This document shows, piece after piece, positions 1 to 9,196 of a DNA stretch of 60,838 bases; the first letter of the stretch is position 1; each line of letters starts with the position of its first letter. The notes beneath the pieces are model-generated. The model was not told where the DNA came from and made no database searches. It saw nothing but the letters and a program-made list of their open reading frames with translations. Made by a program: the position numbers and the translations under genes. Origin of the DNA: a virus (taxonomy: Duplodnaviria; Caudoviricetes); the IMG/VR virus record IMGVR_UViG_3300025645_000079, positions 1 through 60,838 of that record; one strand, given 5' to 3'.

Positions 1-95
1 TCGAAACATTTGGCCGAGGCGTTGATTGCCTCGTTTCCTTGTTGTTTTAGTAGGTCGATCATTGCTTGACCTCTTTCTGCTATGACTATACTCAT
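1..95 (-). CDS. small hypothetical protein, runs off the window edge (MSIVIAERGQAMIDLLKQQGNEAINASAKCF...)
   Basis: ATG at 95 preceded by an AAGGAG RBS (102-108 on the - strand); open frame to position 1; not in the ORF track. Confidence 0.5.
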   Translation of the reverse strand, partial: MSIVIAERGQAMIDLLKQQGNEAINASAKCF

Positions 96-451
96 CGTGA
101 TACTCCTTTGCTATTTATTGTTTATGGTAGTCGGTAGATCTCTGCCTACCGACTTAAAAAGCTTTTTGATAGTTCTAACTTAATTAAACTGTTTCACCTA
201 ACCCCTTAAAAAATGCGACATGATAATTAGGATAGCCTAACCCTTGTGTCGCGTGGGGTGGAGGGGGACAAAGTTTATGTTGTGTCATGCAATCTACTTT
301 GACACTTGACACCCATGACAGAGGCAGAACATGCGCGAGCGAATGCGAGTGCATGTTCTTCCAGCAAGCTTGCGACTGTCATTGGTGTCGATTGTTGACG
401 TTAAGTGGAATGTCGCATAATGAAACCTTTTCCACATCCAACACACAAGCG

Positions 452-517
452 ACAACACAACACAACACAACACAACACAACACAACACAACACAACACAA
501 CACAACACAACACAACA
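452..517. repeat. (CACAA)n pentanucleotide microsatellite, 12 perfect copies at 456-515 plus partial flanks
   Basis: Read directly from the sequence. Confidence 0.97.
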
Positions 518-700
518 AACTTATCGTATGACACACGACACACGCACGACACAATTCACACTCATTACATTATATTATTATATTGCTTGTAAGGAACGCT
601 CGACATGATACACACCTCTGCGCCCTGCCACCCTTGGATATACCAAGGCTAGTTGTCCCCCTGAAGTGGGGCTATGTTAGTGCAGCGGTAGATCACTACA

Positions 701-752
701 TTTTAATAAACACTCATTGAATGCTTATTAAAATGTGCCCCCGAAGGGGCAG
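701..752 (-). terminator. hairpins downstream of the 422-aa ORF; probable intrinsic terminator
   Basis: TGCCCC-CGAA-GGGGCA stem (736-751) followed on the - strand by a T-run, plus a TTTTAATAA...TTATTAAAA inverted repeat. Confidence 0.55.
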
Positions 753-758
753 CATTTG

Positions 759-2027
759 CTATGCTTGTGCCATCAACTCGGCGAACAAGCTCATTGTCTC
801 AGCAGGTAGGTGTTTAAGCTCCTCCATTCTTCCTAATGCCTCCCCGATACCACGCTCAGAACGTTTGAGGTCTTGAACTGGATACTCTGTCATGTCTTGG
901 AATGTGTTGTCCCAAAACTCGTCCCCAAAGGTTGTCACCATATTGATGCGCTCAATTATTGGCCACACTTTCTCATGTAGTGGCACCAATCTCCCTTGCA
1001 ACTCATGACGCGCTTCCTTCTCAATAAGGGCTGCTTCACCCTCCATCTCATAGTGCCCACCCTCATACTGCTCATCATCAAGCTGTGCCAGCTTGTGATT
1101 CATCTTAGCTCTCTGGCTGTCCAACCATCCCGCTGTATCGAACTCACCCTCTTCTGCTGGCTTGTGGTTCTTAGCGGCTACTGACAGCCAGAACCAACTG
1201 GATAGCAATGGCCCCATCTTAACTCGGCCTATCTTGTTCTCTACCATTCCCTTGGGGAAGAGGTAGTCCTGCATGACTCCCATGTTGTCATTCTCTTGCA
1301 AGAAAGATTTAATCTCCTGCTCCATAGCATAGAATGCGAAGTAAAGAGCTGCCCAATGAATGTCACGCTTCGTTGCATCCTTAATCATGTGCGACTCCAA
1401 GTCATCCTTGGTTCTCACGGTATGCGTGACGTATTCCTCATTAGCTGCTTTGATTGCAGCATCTAGTGCCTTACCCATACTGAATGCGGTGACCACGTTG
1501 GCTGGATACTCCTGACCATTTCTCTCAAGGGATACCTCTTTGCCACTGCGCTTCTCCTTGTTGACATCTGATAGAAGCTTACGCTCCACTTCCTTCATGT
1601 TCTTGATGTGTATGGCCATCTTCTCTTGCATTTTGAGCACCTCATCGCTCTCCACTCTGAAGTTGAAGATTCCCACGTTTGCCGCCACTGGCAGCTCATC
1701 CCACGACTTAGGGTGGGGCTTATTCTGTACCTCGCACAACAGCTTGTTGAGGAATGCTATCTCCTCATAACTCGCGTCTGCCTTAACTTCCATCAACCCA
1801 GCATGTTTCTCCACTACAGCTCTGAGTGGGGGCAACTCATGGCGTGTCTCTCCTATCTGCTTGACCATCGCGAAACAAGCTCTGCCGAACATGTCGCGTT
1901 GGTGTAGGTTGTGATCCCATACCATGCCAGACTCAACCCAGTTCAATGTAGACACTGGACCGAAATCCTTCCCGTCTTCTTTATTGGCTTTGATAGACGT
2001 TGCGATTCTGTTTAATACATTTTTCAT
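759..2027 (-). CDS. hypothetical protein, 422 aa (early region)
   Basis: Long ORF with protein-like composition and AGAGAG RBS-like upstream sequence; no motif recognised. Confidence 0.8.
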   Translation of the reverse strand: MKNVLNRIATSIKANKEDGKDFGPVSTLNWVESGMVWDHNLHQRDMFGRACFAMVKQIGETRHELPPLRAVVEKHAGLMEVKADASYEEIAFLNKLLCEVQNKPHPKSWDELPVAANVGIFNFRVESDEVLKMQEKMAIHIKNMKEVERKLLSDVNKEKRSGKEVSLERNGQEYPANVVTAFSMGKALDAAIKAANEEYVTHTVRTKDDLESHMIKDATKRDIHWAALYFAFYAMEQEIKSFLQENDNMGVMQDYLFPKGMVENKIGRVKMGPLLSSWFWLSVAAKNHKPAEEGEFDTAGWLDSQRAKMNHKLAQLDDEQYEGGHYEMEGEAALIEKEARHELQGRLVPLHEKVWPIIERINMVTTFGDEFWDNTFQDMTEYPVQDLKRSERGIGEALGRMEELKHLPAETMSLFAELMAQA

Positions 2028-2106
2028 TGTTAATTACTCTCTTTAAGTTTAAAGTGAGCTTGTGATTGTAGTCACAAGCTCGTTTGGTTATGCGGACTAG
2101 CGGGGA

Positions 2107-2793
2107 TTATAGAAAACGCTTTATAGCGTTTTCTTCTTCTTCCCTCTTGACCTTTACAGGGTCGCCTAACTCTTCTGTCTTGGCTCTCACCAGACAATGT
2201 AATTCTTCCTCTGTATTGACTGTCACTTCCCCTGTTGACAGTAATTTCTCCACAATGCCAAGTGCTTGGCGGTATGCGCCACTTAGCTCGACCTTGGGGA
2301 TAATGTCCCCTCTGGCCTTTATGAGCTCATATGCCCCTTCTGGCATCTCAGACTGACCATACGTCTTTTCGGTGTGCTCACACCGTGTTGGGATGAAGCC
2401 ATCTGAGGGTGTGAACCCCATTGGCCATGAAGTTGTTAGCCTGCCATCACCATCAAGTCTGTGGGTATCATCAACTGCCAGCGCGTTCTTGCGCTCACAT
2501 TCCTCATCCTCTGTGATGCGCATCCATTTGACCGACTTGGTGGCATTGGCCATCATTGAGCGGTCTTCGTTGGGCATTGTCCACCCATGTTTCATCCTGT
2601 TGGCAATTTCGGCATCAATGTATGCCTTATTACCAATGTGGTTCGCCAAGAACCGTGTGTTTTCCTTAACACTGGCGGCTAGGCCACCGCTTAGCGTGCC
2701 ATTTCCCACACTCTCTAGGTAAGAGGGTGCTTTGATTAGCGTCGCAGCATTCCATACTGCTGCGAAGTTTTGTACTGCTTTTGGATTTCTCAT
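2107..2793 (-). CDS. hypothetical protein (~228 aa)
   Basis: ORF 2107..2832; start moved to ATG 2793 (MRNPK), which follows an AAGGGGAAG RBS. Confidence 0.7.
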   Translation of the reverse strand: MRNPKAVQNFAAVWNAATLIKAPSYLESVGNGTLSGGLAASVKENTRFLANHIGNKAYIDAEIANRMKHGWTMPNEDRSMMANATKSVKWMRITEDEECERKNALAVDDTHRLDGDGRLTTSWPMGFTPSDGFIPTRCEHTEKTYGQSEMPEGAYELIKARGDIIPKVELSGAYRQALGIVEKLLSTGEVTVNTEEELHCLVRAKTEELGDPVKVKREEEENAIKRFL

Positions 2794-2893
2794 ATTGCTT
2801 CCCCTTTTTGGGCATTGGTTGCTGCGTACCACACGGCACGCAGGGTTTTGTAATACTGACCTTGATACATAAAGCCGCCATCCTTAGTGAATA

Positions 2894-3247
2894 TCATGCT
2901 GCTTCCCCTTGTTGTTGTTGTATGTAGACAGCGAGCCTGCTGTCATTTAGCTTGGCATTGAGCTTAACCACTAGGTCAAGGTTTATGTGCGCCTTGTCCC
3001 ATGCTATTGCTGCCTCTACGTGTGCAGTCACTAGCCCTGCCACATCATCCTCACACACCATGATGCAGCATGGTGTGTATGCATTAACCACATATACCTC
3101 ACCTGTCACCAAGAAGTCCTCACGCTGTTGACGCGCTATACTCCATGCGCGGTGCATAGCACGCGCCTTGTCCATGCCTAGGACAGTGATGAAGTCCCAT
3201 GCAAGTGTCATAATGTTTGAGCGGTTGTAAGTGATTAATGTTTTCAT
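2894..3247 (-). CDS. hypothetical protein, 117 aa
   Basis: ATG with AAGGTAG RBS; co-oriented with neighbours; ends in -EAA. Confidence 0.7.
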   Translation of the reverse strand: MKTLITYNRSNIMTLAWDFITVLGMDKARAMHRAWSIARQQREDFLVTGEVYVVNAYTPCCIMVCEDDVAGLVTAHVEAAIAWDKAHINLDLVVKLNAKLNDSRLAVYIQQQQGEAA

Positions 3248-3494
3248 AATGTCTACCTTTTATTAAGTTGGAGTCCCAAGTAGGTTCAATCCACTTTGGG
3301 TTTGAAACGCTCCCCTCAGACTCGAAAGGAACAGCGGGTGCCGATGACGCGAACCACCCTACATAACACCACTCAAGCAATGTCCCCAGATTGACGACTT
3401 TCCATTTTTAAAATTCCAAAAATATTTTTTCCTAAATTTTTTATATATATTAGTGGTATTATATTGACAATTATAAGTAACTAATAAATGAGAT

Positions 3495-3992
3495 ATGGCA
3501 ACTACCTCCCTCCAAACACTATCTAGCCAGTACGGTTCATTGGGCATCGCTAAACTCACATCTCAGGAAGAGGTATATGTGCAGCGCAGGACTCAGGGGC
3601 TTAATCCCAGCGCAGCAGCTAGGGCAGCTGGTTTTCGTTACCCAGCCAAAGCGGTCGCTGAGATGGCTGACAGAGATGACATAAAACTCTGCATTAGTTA
3701 CTTGAGAGAAATGCAGCGGCAGATGGCCATTAACGCGGGTGCAATAGATTTCACTAAAGACGACGCAACGGTTCTCTACCTTGAGTCCCACGCTAAAGCT
3801 GAAACAGCGGCAGAAGAAATTCGTGCTGTCGATTCACTTGTAAAACTCCACGGCCTAGCTACGCCTGAACGGGTAGAGGTGAACATTACTCGACGTGACC
3901 AACTAGAGGAGATGGACGACAAAGAGCTGTTAAAAATTACAGGCCAGGATATCCAATTGTCACCTGCTGATTACGTAGAGGTGCAAGAATAA
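3495..3992 (+). CDS. terS: terminase small subunit
   Basis: HTH-like 'GLNPSAAARAAGF' TerS signature; directly upstream of and overlapping TerL. Confidence 0.8.
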   Translation: MATTSLQTLSSQYGSLGIAKLTSQEEVYVQRRTQGLNPSAAARAAGFRYPAKAVAEMADRDDIKLCISYLREMQRQMAINAGAIDFTKDDATVLYLESHAKAETAAEEIRAVDSLVKLHGLATPERVEVNITRRDQLEEMDDKELLKITGQDIQLSPADYVEVQE

Positions 3993-5722
3993 TGAGCATG
4001 AAAGCACAATGTCTCGAGTGCCTAAAGACACGTGAACACTTTGAGATGTACGACAAGGAGAACTGCATCGTGTGCGCCAAAGAACTTGGCATATTTGAGC
4101 AGCCTAACAACCATGAAGAAGTGGCTCGAATAGAGCAGGAGGTGATACGTGTTACGCAGGAGGAAAAAGCAGAGTTTGACAAAGAGGCAGAGGCTAAGAA
4201 GGAGTTGGCGGAGCGAGAACTTGCAAGGCGCCGACTACTTCCGTTCATTAAACGCGTAAACCCTGACTATTCACCGGGGTGGGTACATGCAGATATATGT
4301 GAGCGTCTGGAGAAGTTCGCTAGTGATGTGGAGAACAGGAAAAGTCCCCGACTCATGATCACAATGCCACCGAGACACGGAAAATCAGAGATAGGCTCGA
4401 AGACATTTCCAAGCTGGTATCTGGGGCGCAATGCGAAGCACGAGGTAATCATATGCTCGTATGCAGCAGACTTGGCGGAGGATTTTTCACGTAAATGTCG
4501 AGATTTGATTGGCGAGCCTAAGTACAAGTCGGTATTTAAAACTCGACTATCCACAGATTCGAAGTCCGTGGGTAAATGGGTGACTAATGAGGGCGGAGGT
4601 CTCACTGCGGCAGGTGTGGGTGGACCCATAACAGGTCGTGGTGCACACGTGGGCATAATCGATGACCCTGTCAAAAACAGAGAAGAAGCTGAGTCGGAAA
4701 CGGTTCGCCAAAAAGTGAAGGACTGGTATTCATCAGCCTTCTACACACGTCTTGCACCCGGGGGCGGGATATTGATAATCCAGACGCGCTGGCATGACGA
4801 TGACTTAGCGGGTCACCTACTATTTGAGCTGGCAGAAGCGGAAAAAGAAGCCAAAGAGGAGGGTAAACCTGTTTCAGACGACGTGGATAAGTGGGACTTG
4901 GTGGAATATCCAGCTATCGCCACATTTGATGAGCTGTATCGCAAAGAGGGCGAGCCACTGCACGAGGAGCGTTACCCACTTGCTGCGCTACGCCGTATAA
5001 AACGGAACATGATACCCCGAGATTGGGAGGCGCTGTACCAGCAAAAACCCGTCAGTGATGATGGTGATTATTTCACCAGAAACATGTTCAGATACTACAA
5101 ACCCGCTGAATGTCCCCCAATCGGTGACCTAAGAGTTTACGCAGCAGCGGATTTGGCTATATCGACTAAGCAAACGGCGGATTATTCGGTATTTGCCGTG
5201 GTCGGTATCGACAGGCAGCAGAACATATGGCTGCTCGACATAGTGCGTGGCCGATGGAACGCTTTGGGCATCATCGAACGCATGTTTGAGATACAAGTGA
5301 AGTATGGGCCAGAGCTATTCGGCATAGAAACGGGTCAGATTGAACTTACTCTTGAGCCATTCATACAAAAAGCAGAGCAGGAGAAGGGTATATCACTGCG
5401 ATACGAGAAGCTGAGAACGCGCGGCGTGGACAAAGGCGTTCGTGCTAGGCCACTTCAGGGTCGTATGGAGCAGAATAAGGTCTACTTCCCAACACTCGAG
5501 TCGACACCTTGGATGTCATCACTCCAAAATGAGCTGCTGAAGTTCCCCCTAGGCAAAAACGATGACCAAGTGGATGCTCTAGCGTGGATTGGACAAATGA
5601 TTATGTTATTTGGCGTGAGAAACGAAAAGAAAATTGTTTCCCCTAAGTCGTTTAAGGATAAATTGTCACAATTTGGAGGGGGCAAGAAGGGTAAGCGCCA
5701 TAAATCGGGCATGTCTGCATAA
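3992..5722 (+). CDS. terL: terminase large subunit
   Basis: Walker A 'MPPRHGKS', Walker B 'GIIDDP', 'QTRWHDDDL', RNase H-like nuclease 'AADLA' and 'NDDQVDA'. Confidence 0.96.
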   Translation: MSMKAQCLECLKTREHFEMYDKENCIVCAKELGIFEQPNNHEEVARIEQEVIRVTQEEKAEFDKEAEAKKELAERELARRRLLPFIKRVNPDYSPGWVHADICERLEKFASDVENRKSPRLMITMPPRHGKSEIGSKTFPSWYLGRNAKHEVIICSYAADLAEDFSRKCRDLIGEPKYKSVFKTRLSTDSKSVGKWVTNEGGGLTAAGVGGPITGRGAHVGIIDDPVKNREEAESETVRQKVKDWYSSAFYTRLAPGGGILIIQTRWHDDDLAGHLLFELAEAEKEAKEEGKPVSDDVDKWDLVEYPAIATFDELYRKEGEPLHEERYPLAALRRIKRNMIPRDWEALYQQKPVSDDGDYFTRNMFRYYKPAECPPIGDLRVYAAADLAISTKQTADYSVFAVVGIDRQQNIWLLDIVRGRWNALGIIERMFEIQVKYGPELFGIETGQIELTLEPFIQKAEQEKGISLRYEKLRTRGVDKGVRARPLQGRMEQNKVYFPTLESTPWMSSLQNELLKFPLGKNDDQVDALAWIGQMIMLFGVRNEKKIVSPKSFKDKLSQFGGGKKGKRHKSGMSA

Positions 5723-5835
5723 ATAGTACACTATCTTAACAGTAACTGATATTATGCGCATAAATTCTACTGATATTATTAGTGGCGTATTGCGACACCC
5801 CAAAAAAGCACCGCCAAATTGGAGCAAATAGCTAG

Positions 5836-7962
5836 ATGCCAGAATCGCTTAAAAAATCCGATGGTGCTACATCACAAGTAGCGGCAGATAACCATCATCG
5901 TTTCCGCGAAGCATTAGAAACAGGCCACGCACTCTATACCGAGCGTGCTAAAAGAAATGACAAGTTTTACGCGGGTGAGCAGTGGGATAAAGCGGACAAA
6001 GAGCGCTTAGAGCGTGAAGGACGTCCGGCACTTACGTTGAATCTAATACTTTCTACGGTTAACGCCATGATTGGCGAGCAGCTTGACAGAAAAGTCGACG
6101 CACACTTTACCCCGTTGGACACTGGTACAGAAGCTACAGCTTTTGCCCTTAACAAGATTGCGCGTGTGATCCTAAATGAAAACAACTATGACGACATAGA
6201 AGAAAACGTGTTTTCGGATGGCTTGATTGGCGGCAGGGGTTATTTCGACGTTCGCATGAGTTTCCTCAAAAACATTCAGGGCAAAGTGTGCATATCAATG
6301 GAAGACCCAATCGATGTAATAATCGACGGTGAAGCCAAAGAAATGGACCCTAAAACGTGGAACGAAGTATTTATATCCCGCTGGATGACTCCTGATGAAA
6401 TAGGGGCTACGTACGGCTGGGATAAAGTAGAGAAAGTTCAGGTAATGGCCCAAGATACGGGCAGTGGACACGACGACAACTTTGATTTTGGTGATCGTAC
6501 TTTTGGAGGCGATTCACCTGCGACGCGAGACAATTCAGCGCGTACTCAGCTAAACAGAGTCCGAGTAGTCGAAAGACAATTCTTTAAAGTGGCAGAGCAG
6601 TGGTTTTTTGTCGACCCGATAACGGGCGCATTACGTGCGGTTCCATATGGTGCGGATAAAGAGTCTCGCGAAGCATTTGCTCAACAGTACGGTTTTGAGG
6701 TAATTAAGCGTAAGGGTCGCCGTGTTCGTATGGTCGTGTCTTGCGATGACGTATTGCTCAAAGACGACTGGTCGATATACCGCTCATTTACAATTGTACC
6801 GTTTTTCCCTTATTTTCGTCGTGGCAATCCATTTTCAGCGGTAGACAACCTTATTGACCCGCAGAACCTGCTTAACAAGACAAGCTCGCAGGAGTTGCAC
6901 ATTGTTAATACGACGGCCAACTCAGGCTGGGTGATACAGGAAGACTCACTGGTTGACATGGACGCGGAAGATTTAGAGGAGCGGGGCGCCGAAACTGGCC
7001 TTGTGCTTCAGTACAAACGCGGCTATGAGGCACCAGAAAAGATTACACCTAACTCTATACCTACGGGCATAGACAGAATCAGCCAAAAAGCGGCTAGTAC
7101 CATCCGTGAGATTTCATCGGTTAACGCATCGATGCTTGGAACGGCTAGAGCAGACCAATCGGGTAGAGCGCAAGAGGCTGCTACCATGCGTGGACAGGTG
7201 CAAGTATCTGTGGTGCTAAGTAACCTAAAACGTTGCCGGCGAACTGTGCTTGAGAAAATACTTGAGTTAGTCCAGGACTTTTATACTGAGACCCGGTACT
7301 TCAACATCATCGGTGATGACATCATGATGGCGCAGGGCAGCAACGAGCAGGTTGGTGTAAATGTACCGCAGGACGATGGCAACATATTGAACGACATCAC
7401 CGTGGGTGACTACGGCACAGAAGTAGGGTATCGACCTTCCGGTGGAAGTTTAGCCGACAAAGAAATGGACGAAGCTATTCGTCTGCGCGAGATGGGCGTT
7501 GCGATACCAGATCACGTTATAGTCCAGTATTCGAGACTGACTAAGCGTATGGAACTGGCTAAGTTCCTTAAAGATTCACAAGGGTTTGGCGAGCAGAGTG
7601 AAGAGCAAGCGGCCCTCGAAGAACTCCAGATGGAACACCAAATAGGCATGTTGCAGAAGGAGCTTGAGAAGGCCGATGCGGATATTGAACTGGCACGCGC
7701 TAGTGCGCTTGAGAAACAGATGAACGCTGAGTCGTTGGAAGACTTTAACAAAGCTGACATCGAAACTCAGAAGCTAGAAGTTCAACGTGCATTAAAGGAA
7801 AAAGAGCTATCGCTGCGTATTGCACTGGCAGCCCGTGGACACCAGAACGCCAACACTATGAATGTCCAACGCTTACAAACCTCTGTCGCTATGAAGTCTA
7901 TGGATATGGCTATAGCTGACAAGAAAGAAAAACCCCCCCAACCAAAGAGTAAAGATAAATGA
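5836..7962 (+). CDS. portal protein (podovirus P22/N4-like)
   Basis: 'FYAGEQW', 'GRPALTLNLI', 'DGLIGGRGY', 'DPQNLLNK' motifs; 708 aa; follows TerL; C-terminal coiled-coil. Confidence 0.9.
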   Translation: MPESLKKSDGATSQVAADNHHRFREALETGHALYTERAKRNDKFYAGEQWDKADKERLEREGRPALTLNLILSTVNAMIGEQLDRKVDAHFTPLDTGTEATAFALNKIARVILNENNYDDIEENVFSDGLIGGRGYFDVRMSFLKNIQGKVCISMEDPIDVIIDGEAKEMDPKTWNEVFISRWMTPDEIGATYGWDKVEKVQVMAQDTGSGHDDNFDFGDRTFGGDSPATRDNSARTQLNRVRVVERQFFKVAEQWFFVDPITGALRAVPYGADKESREAFAQQYGFEVIKRKGRRVRMVVSCDDVLLKDDWSIYRSFTIVPFFPYFRRGNPFSAVDNLIDPQNLLNKTSSQELHIVNTTANSGWVIQEDSLVDMDAEDLEERGAETGLVLQYKRGYEAPEKITPNSIPTGIDRISQKAASTIREISSVNASMLGTARADQSGRAQEAATMRGQVQVSVVLSNLKRCRRTVLEKILELVQDFYTETRYFNIIGDDIMMAQGSNEQVGVNVPQDDGNILNDITVGDYGTEVGYRPSGGSLADKEMDEAIRLREMGVAIPDHVIVQYSRLTKRMELAKFLKDSQGFGEQSEEQAALEELQMEHQIGMLQKELEKADADIELARASALEKQMNAESLEDFNKADIETQKLEVQRALKEKELSLRIALAARGHQNANTMNVQRLQTSVAMKSMDMAIADKKEKPPQPKSKDK

Positions 7963-8990
7963 GTGACCCCGATAACATTTACGTAGATTCTATCCCCGTA
8001 ACGAACAACGAGTTCGGGGGCGATGCTACGGCCGAGTCTAGCGAAGCAGCCGAAACAATAGTTGAAGACCGTGGTGACGATTTTGTACCGAGCGAGGAAG
8101 GAACCGATGATACCGATACAAATACTGATCCAAGTGATAGTGCTGGTAGTGATACTGATACTGATACTGACACTGATAGTGAGGTCGATGGACAGGGGAC
8201 GGAGGAAACTGACGAGCCTGACGAAGCTGATGATCCTGACGAGGAGGAGGCCGAGGAAAAACCGAAACCAGTCAAAGGCCAAGTCCCAAGAGACCGACTG
8301 AATAAAGAAATCGAGAAGCGTAAAACGCTTGAGCGGCAGATTAGGGATCTACAAAACAAAGCGCCGGAGCAAGCCTCTGAGCAATATTCTCGTGAGCAGA
8401 CTCCTGCTGCCAAACCTTTTACTAAAGAACAATTTGCAGCCATGCAGAATGCAATGCTCGATGGCGAGACTGAAAAAGGTTTCGAGATATTTGCGGAGAT
8501 GATGTCTAACCAGTCTTCACAAGTTCGCGCCGATGCTATTGCGGAAACTGATATTCGTGTTCGAAGTGAACTTAACATTGAACGCGAGAACAACAGTCTT
8601 AGCCAAGAGGCGCAGCTCCAAGGTGAGCGATTCCCTGAGTTAGTGGCTGGCGGTGATTTTGCGGATGACGGACTAATTGACGAAGTGGTCGAGACCCGAA
8701 ACATATACATTGACCGAGGCGTGGGTGCTGCGGAAGCACTTCGCAAAGCGGTTAGGATTGTTTCTTCGGAGCATGGACTTGTCGACCGCAAATCGGTAGC
8801 GAAAGCACCCTCTAAAAAACGAGTGGACGTGGCTGGAAAAATTGCACTTGCCGAGAAAGAGCAGGGCAAGCTAGGTGGTGGTTCAACACAGAAACCCGCA
8901 CCAGTGGTTGACCTGACTAAAATCAGTGACTCCCAGTTCTCAAGACTAAGCGAAGACGCTAAGGCTCGCGCCAGAGGCGATTACCTGTAA
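7959..8990 (+). CDS. capsid scaffolding protein
   Basis: Very acidic N-terminus, 'VPRDRLNKEIEKRK' coiled-coil; lies between portal and capsid. Confidence 0.75.
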   Translation: MSDPDNIYVDSIPVTNNEFGGDATAESSEAAETIVEDRGDDFVPSEEGTDDTDTNTDPSDSAGSDTDTDTDTDSEVDGQGTEETDEPDEADDPDEEEAEEKPKPVKGQVPRDRLNKEIEKRKTLERQIRDLQNKAPEQASEQYSREQTPAAKPFTKEQFAAMQNAMLDGETEKGFEIFAEMMSNQSSQVRADAIAETDIRVRSELNIERENNSLSQEAQLQGERFPELVAGGDFADDGLIDEVVETRNIYIDRGVGAAEALRKAVRIVSSEHGLVDRKSVAKAPSKKRVDVAGKIALAEKEQGKLGGGSTQKPAPVVDLTKISDSQFSRLSEDAKARARGDYL

Positions 8991-9001
8991 TCTAATATAT
9001 A

Positions 9002-9037
9002 AGTAACTGTTGATTTATCCCAGCAGTTACTTATAAT
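9002..9037 (+). promoter_or_regulatory. sigma70-like promoter for the capsid gene, bracketed by inverted AGTAACT/AGTTACT sites
   Basis: TTGATT(9010-15)-16 bp-TATAAT(9032-37); inverted repeat TATAAGTAACTG...CAGTTACTTATA. Confidence 0.65.
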
Positions 9038-9196
9038 ACACGTACGTCAAGGTGGTGCCTTGTAAAAACAAACTGCTTCCCACTGTAAGGCTAACGGTGC
9101 TTTTCGCAAGACCCACGTAACGGGACGACATCACTCGGATTAATTTAATAGTCCCTGGAGTCGCTTCGTACTTTGGGACACAAAAAGGAAAGCACA

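Noticed and set aside
452-517. Possible CRISPR array
   Set aside because: 5-bp tandem units with no spacers; no cas operon (the Cas4-like nuclease at 49114 is a typical phage exonuclease)
287-608. ORFs with HNTTQ or LCCVV repeats (287..592, 294..554, 405..608)
   Set aside because: They stay open only because the CACAA microsatellite has no stop codons; no convincing RBS
3336-3359. Hammerhead-like 'CCGATGA...GAA' inside a GGGTG/CACCC stem
   Set aside because: Lacks the CUGANGA/GAAA core and the three-stem junction
8151-8180. GATACT hexamer repeat
   Set aside because: Encodes the DT low-complexity linker of the scaffold protein
7782-8869. Long antisense ORFs over the scaffold (and similar ones at 19999..21069, 20712..21344, 50405..51013)
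   Set aside because: Shadow frames of well-supported genes with Ser/Leu/Phe-biased composition
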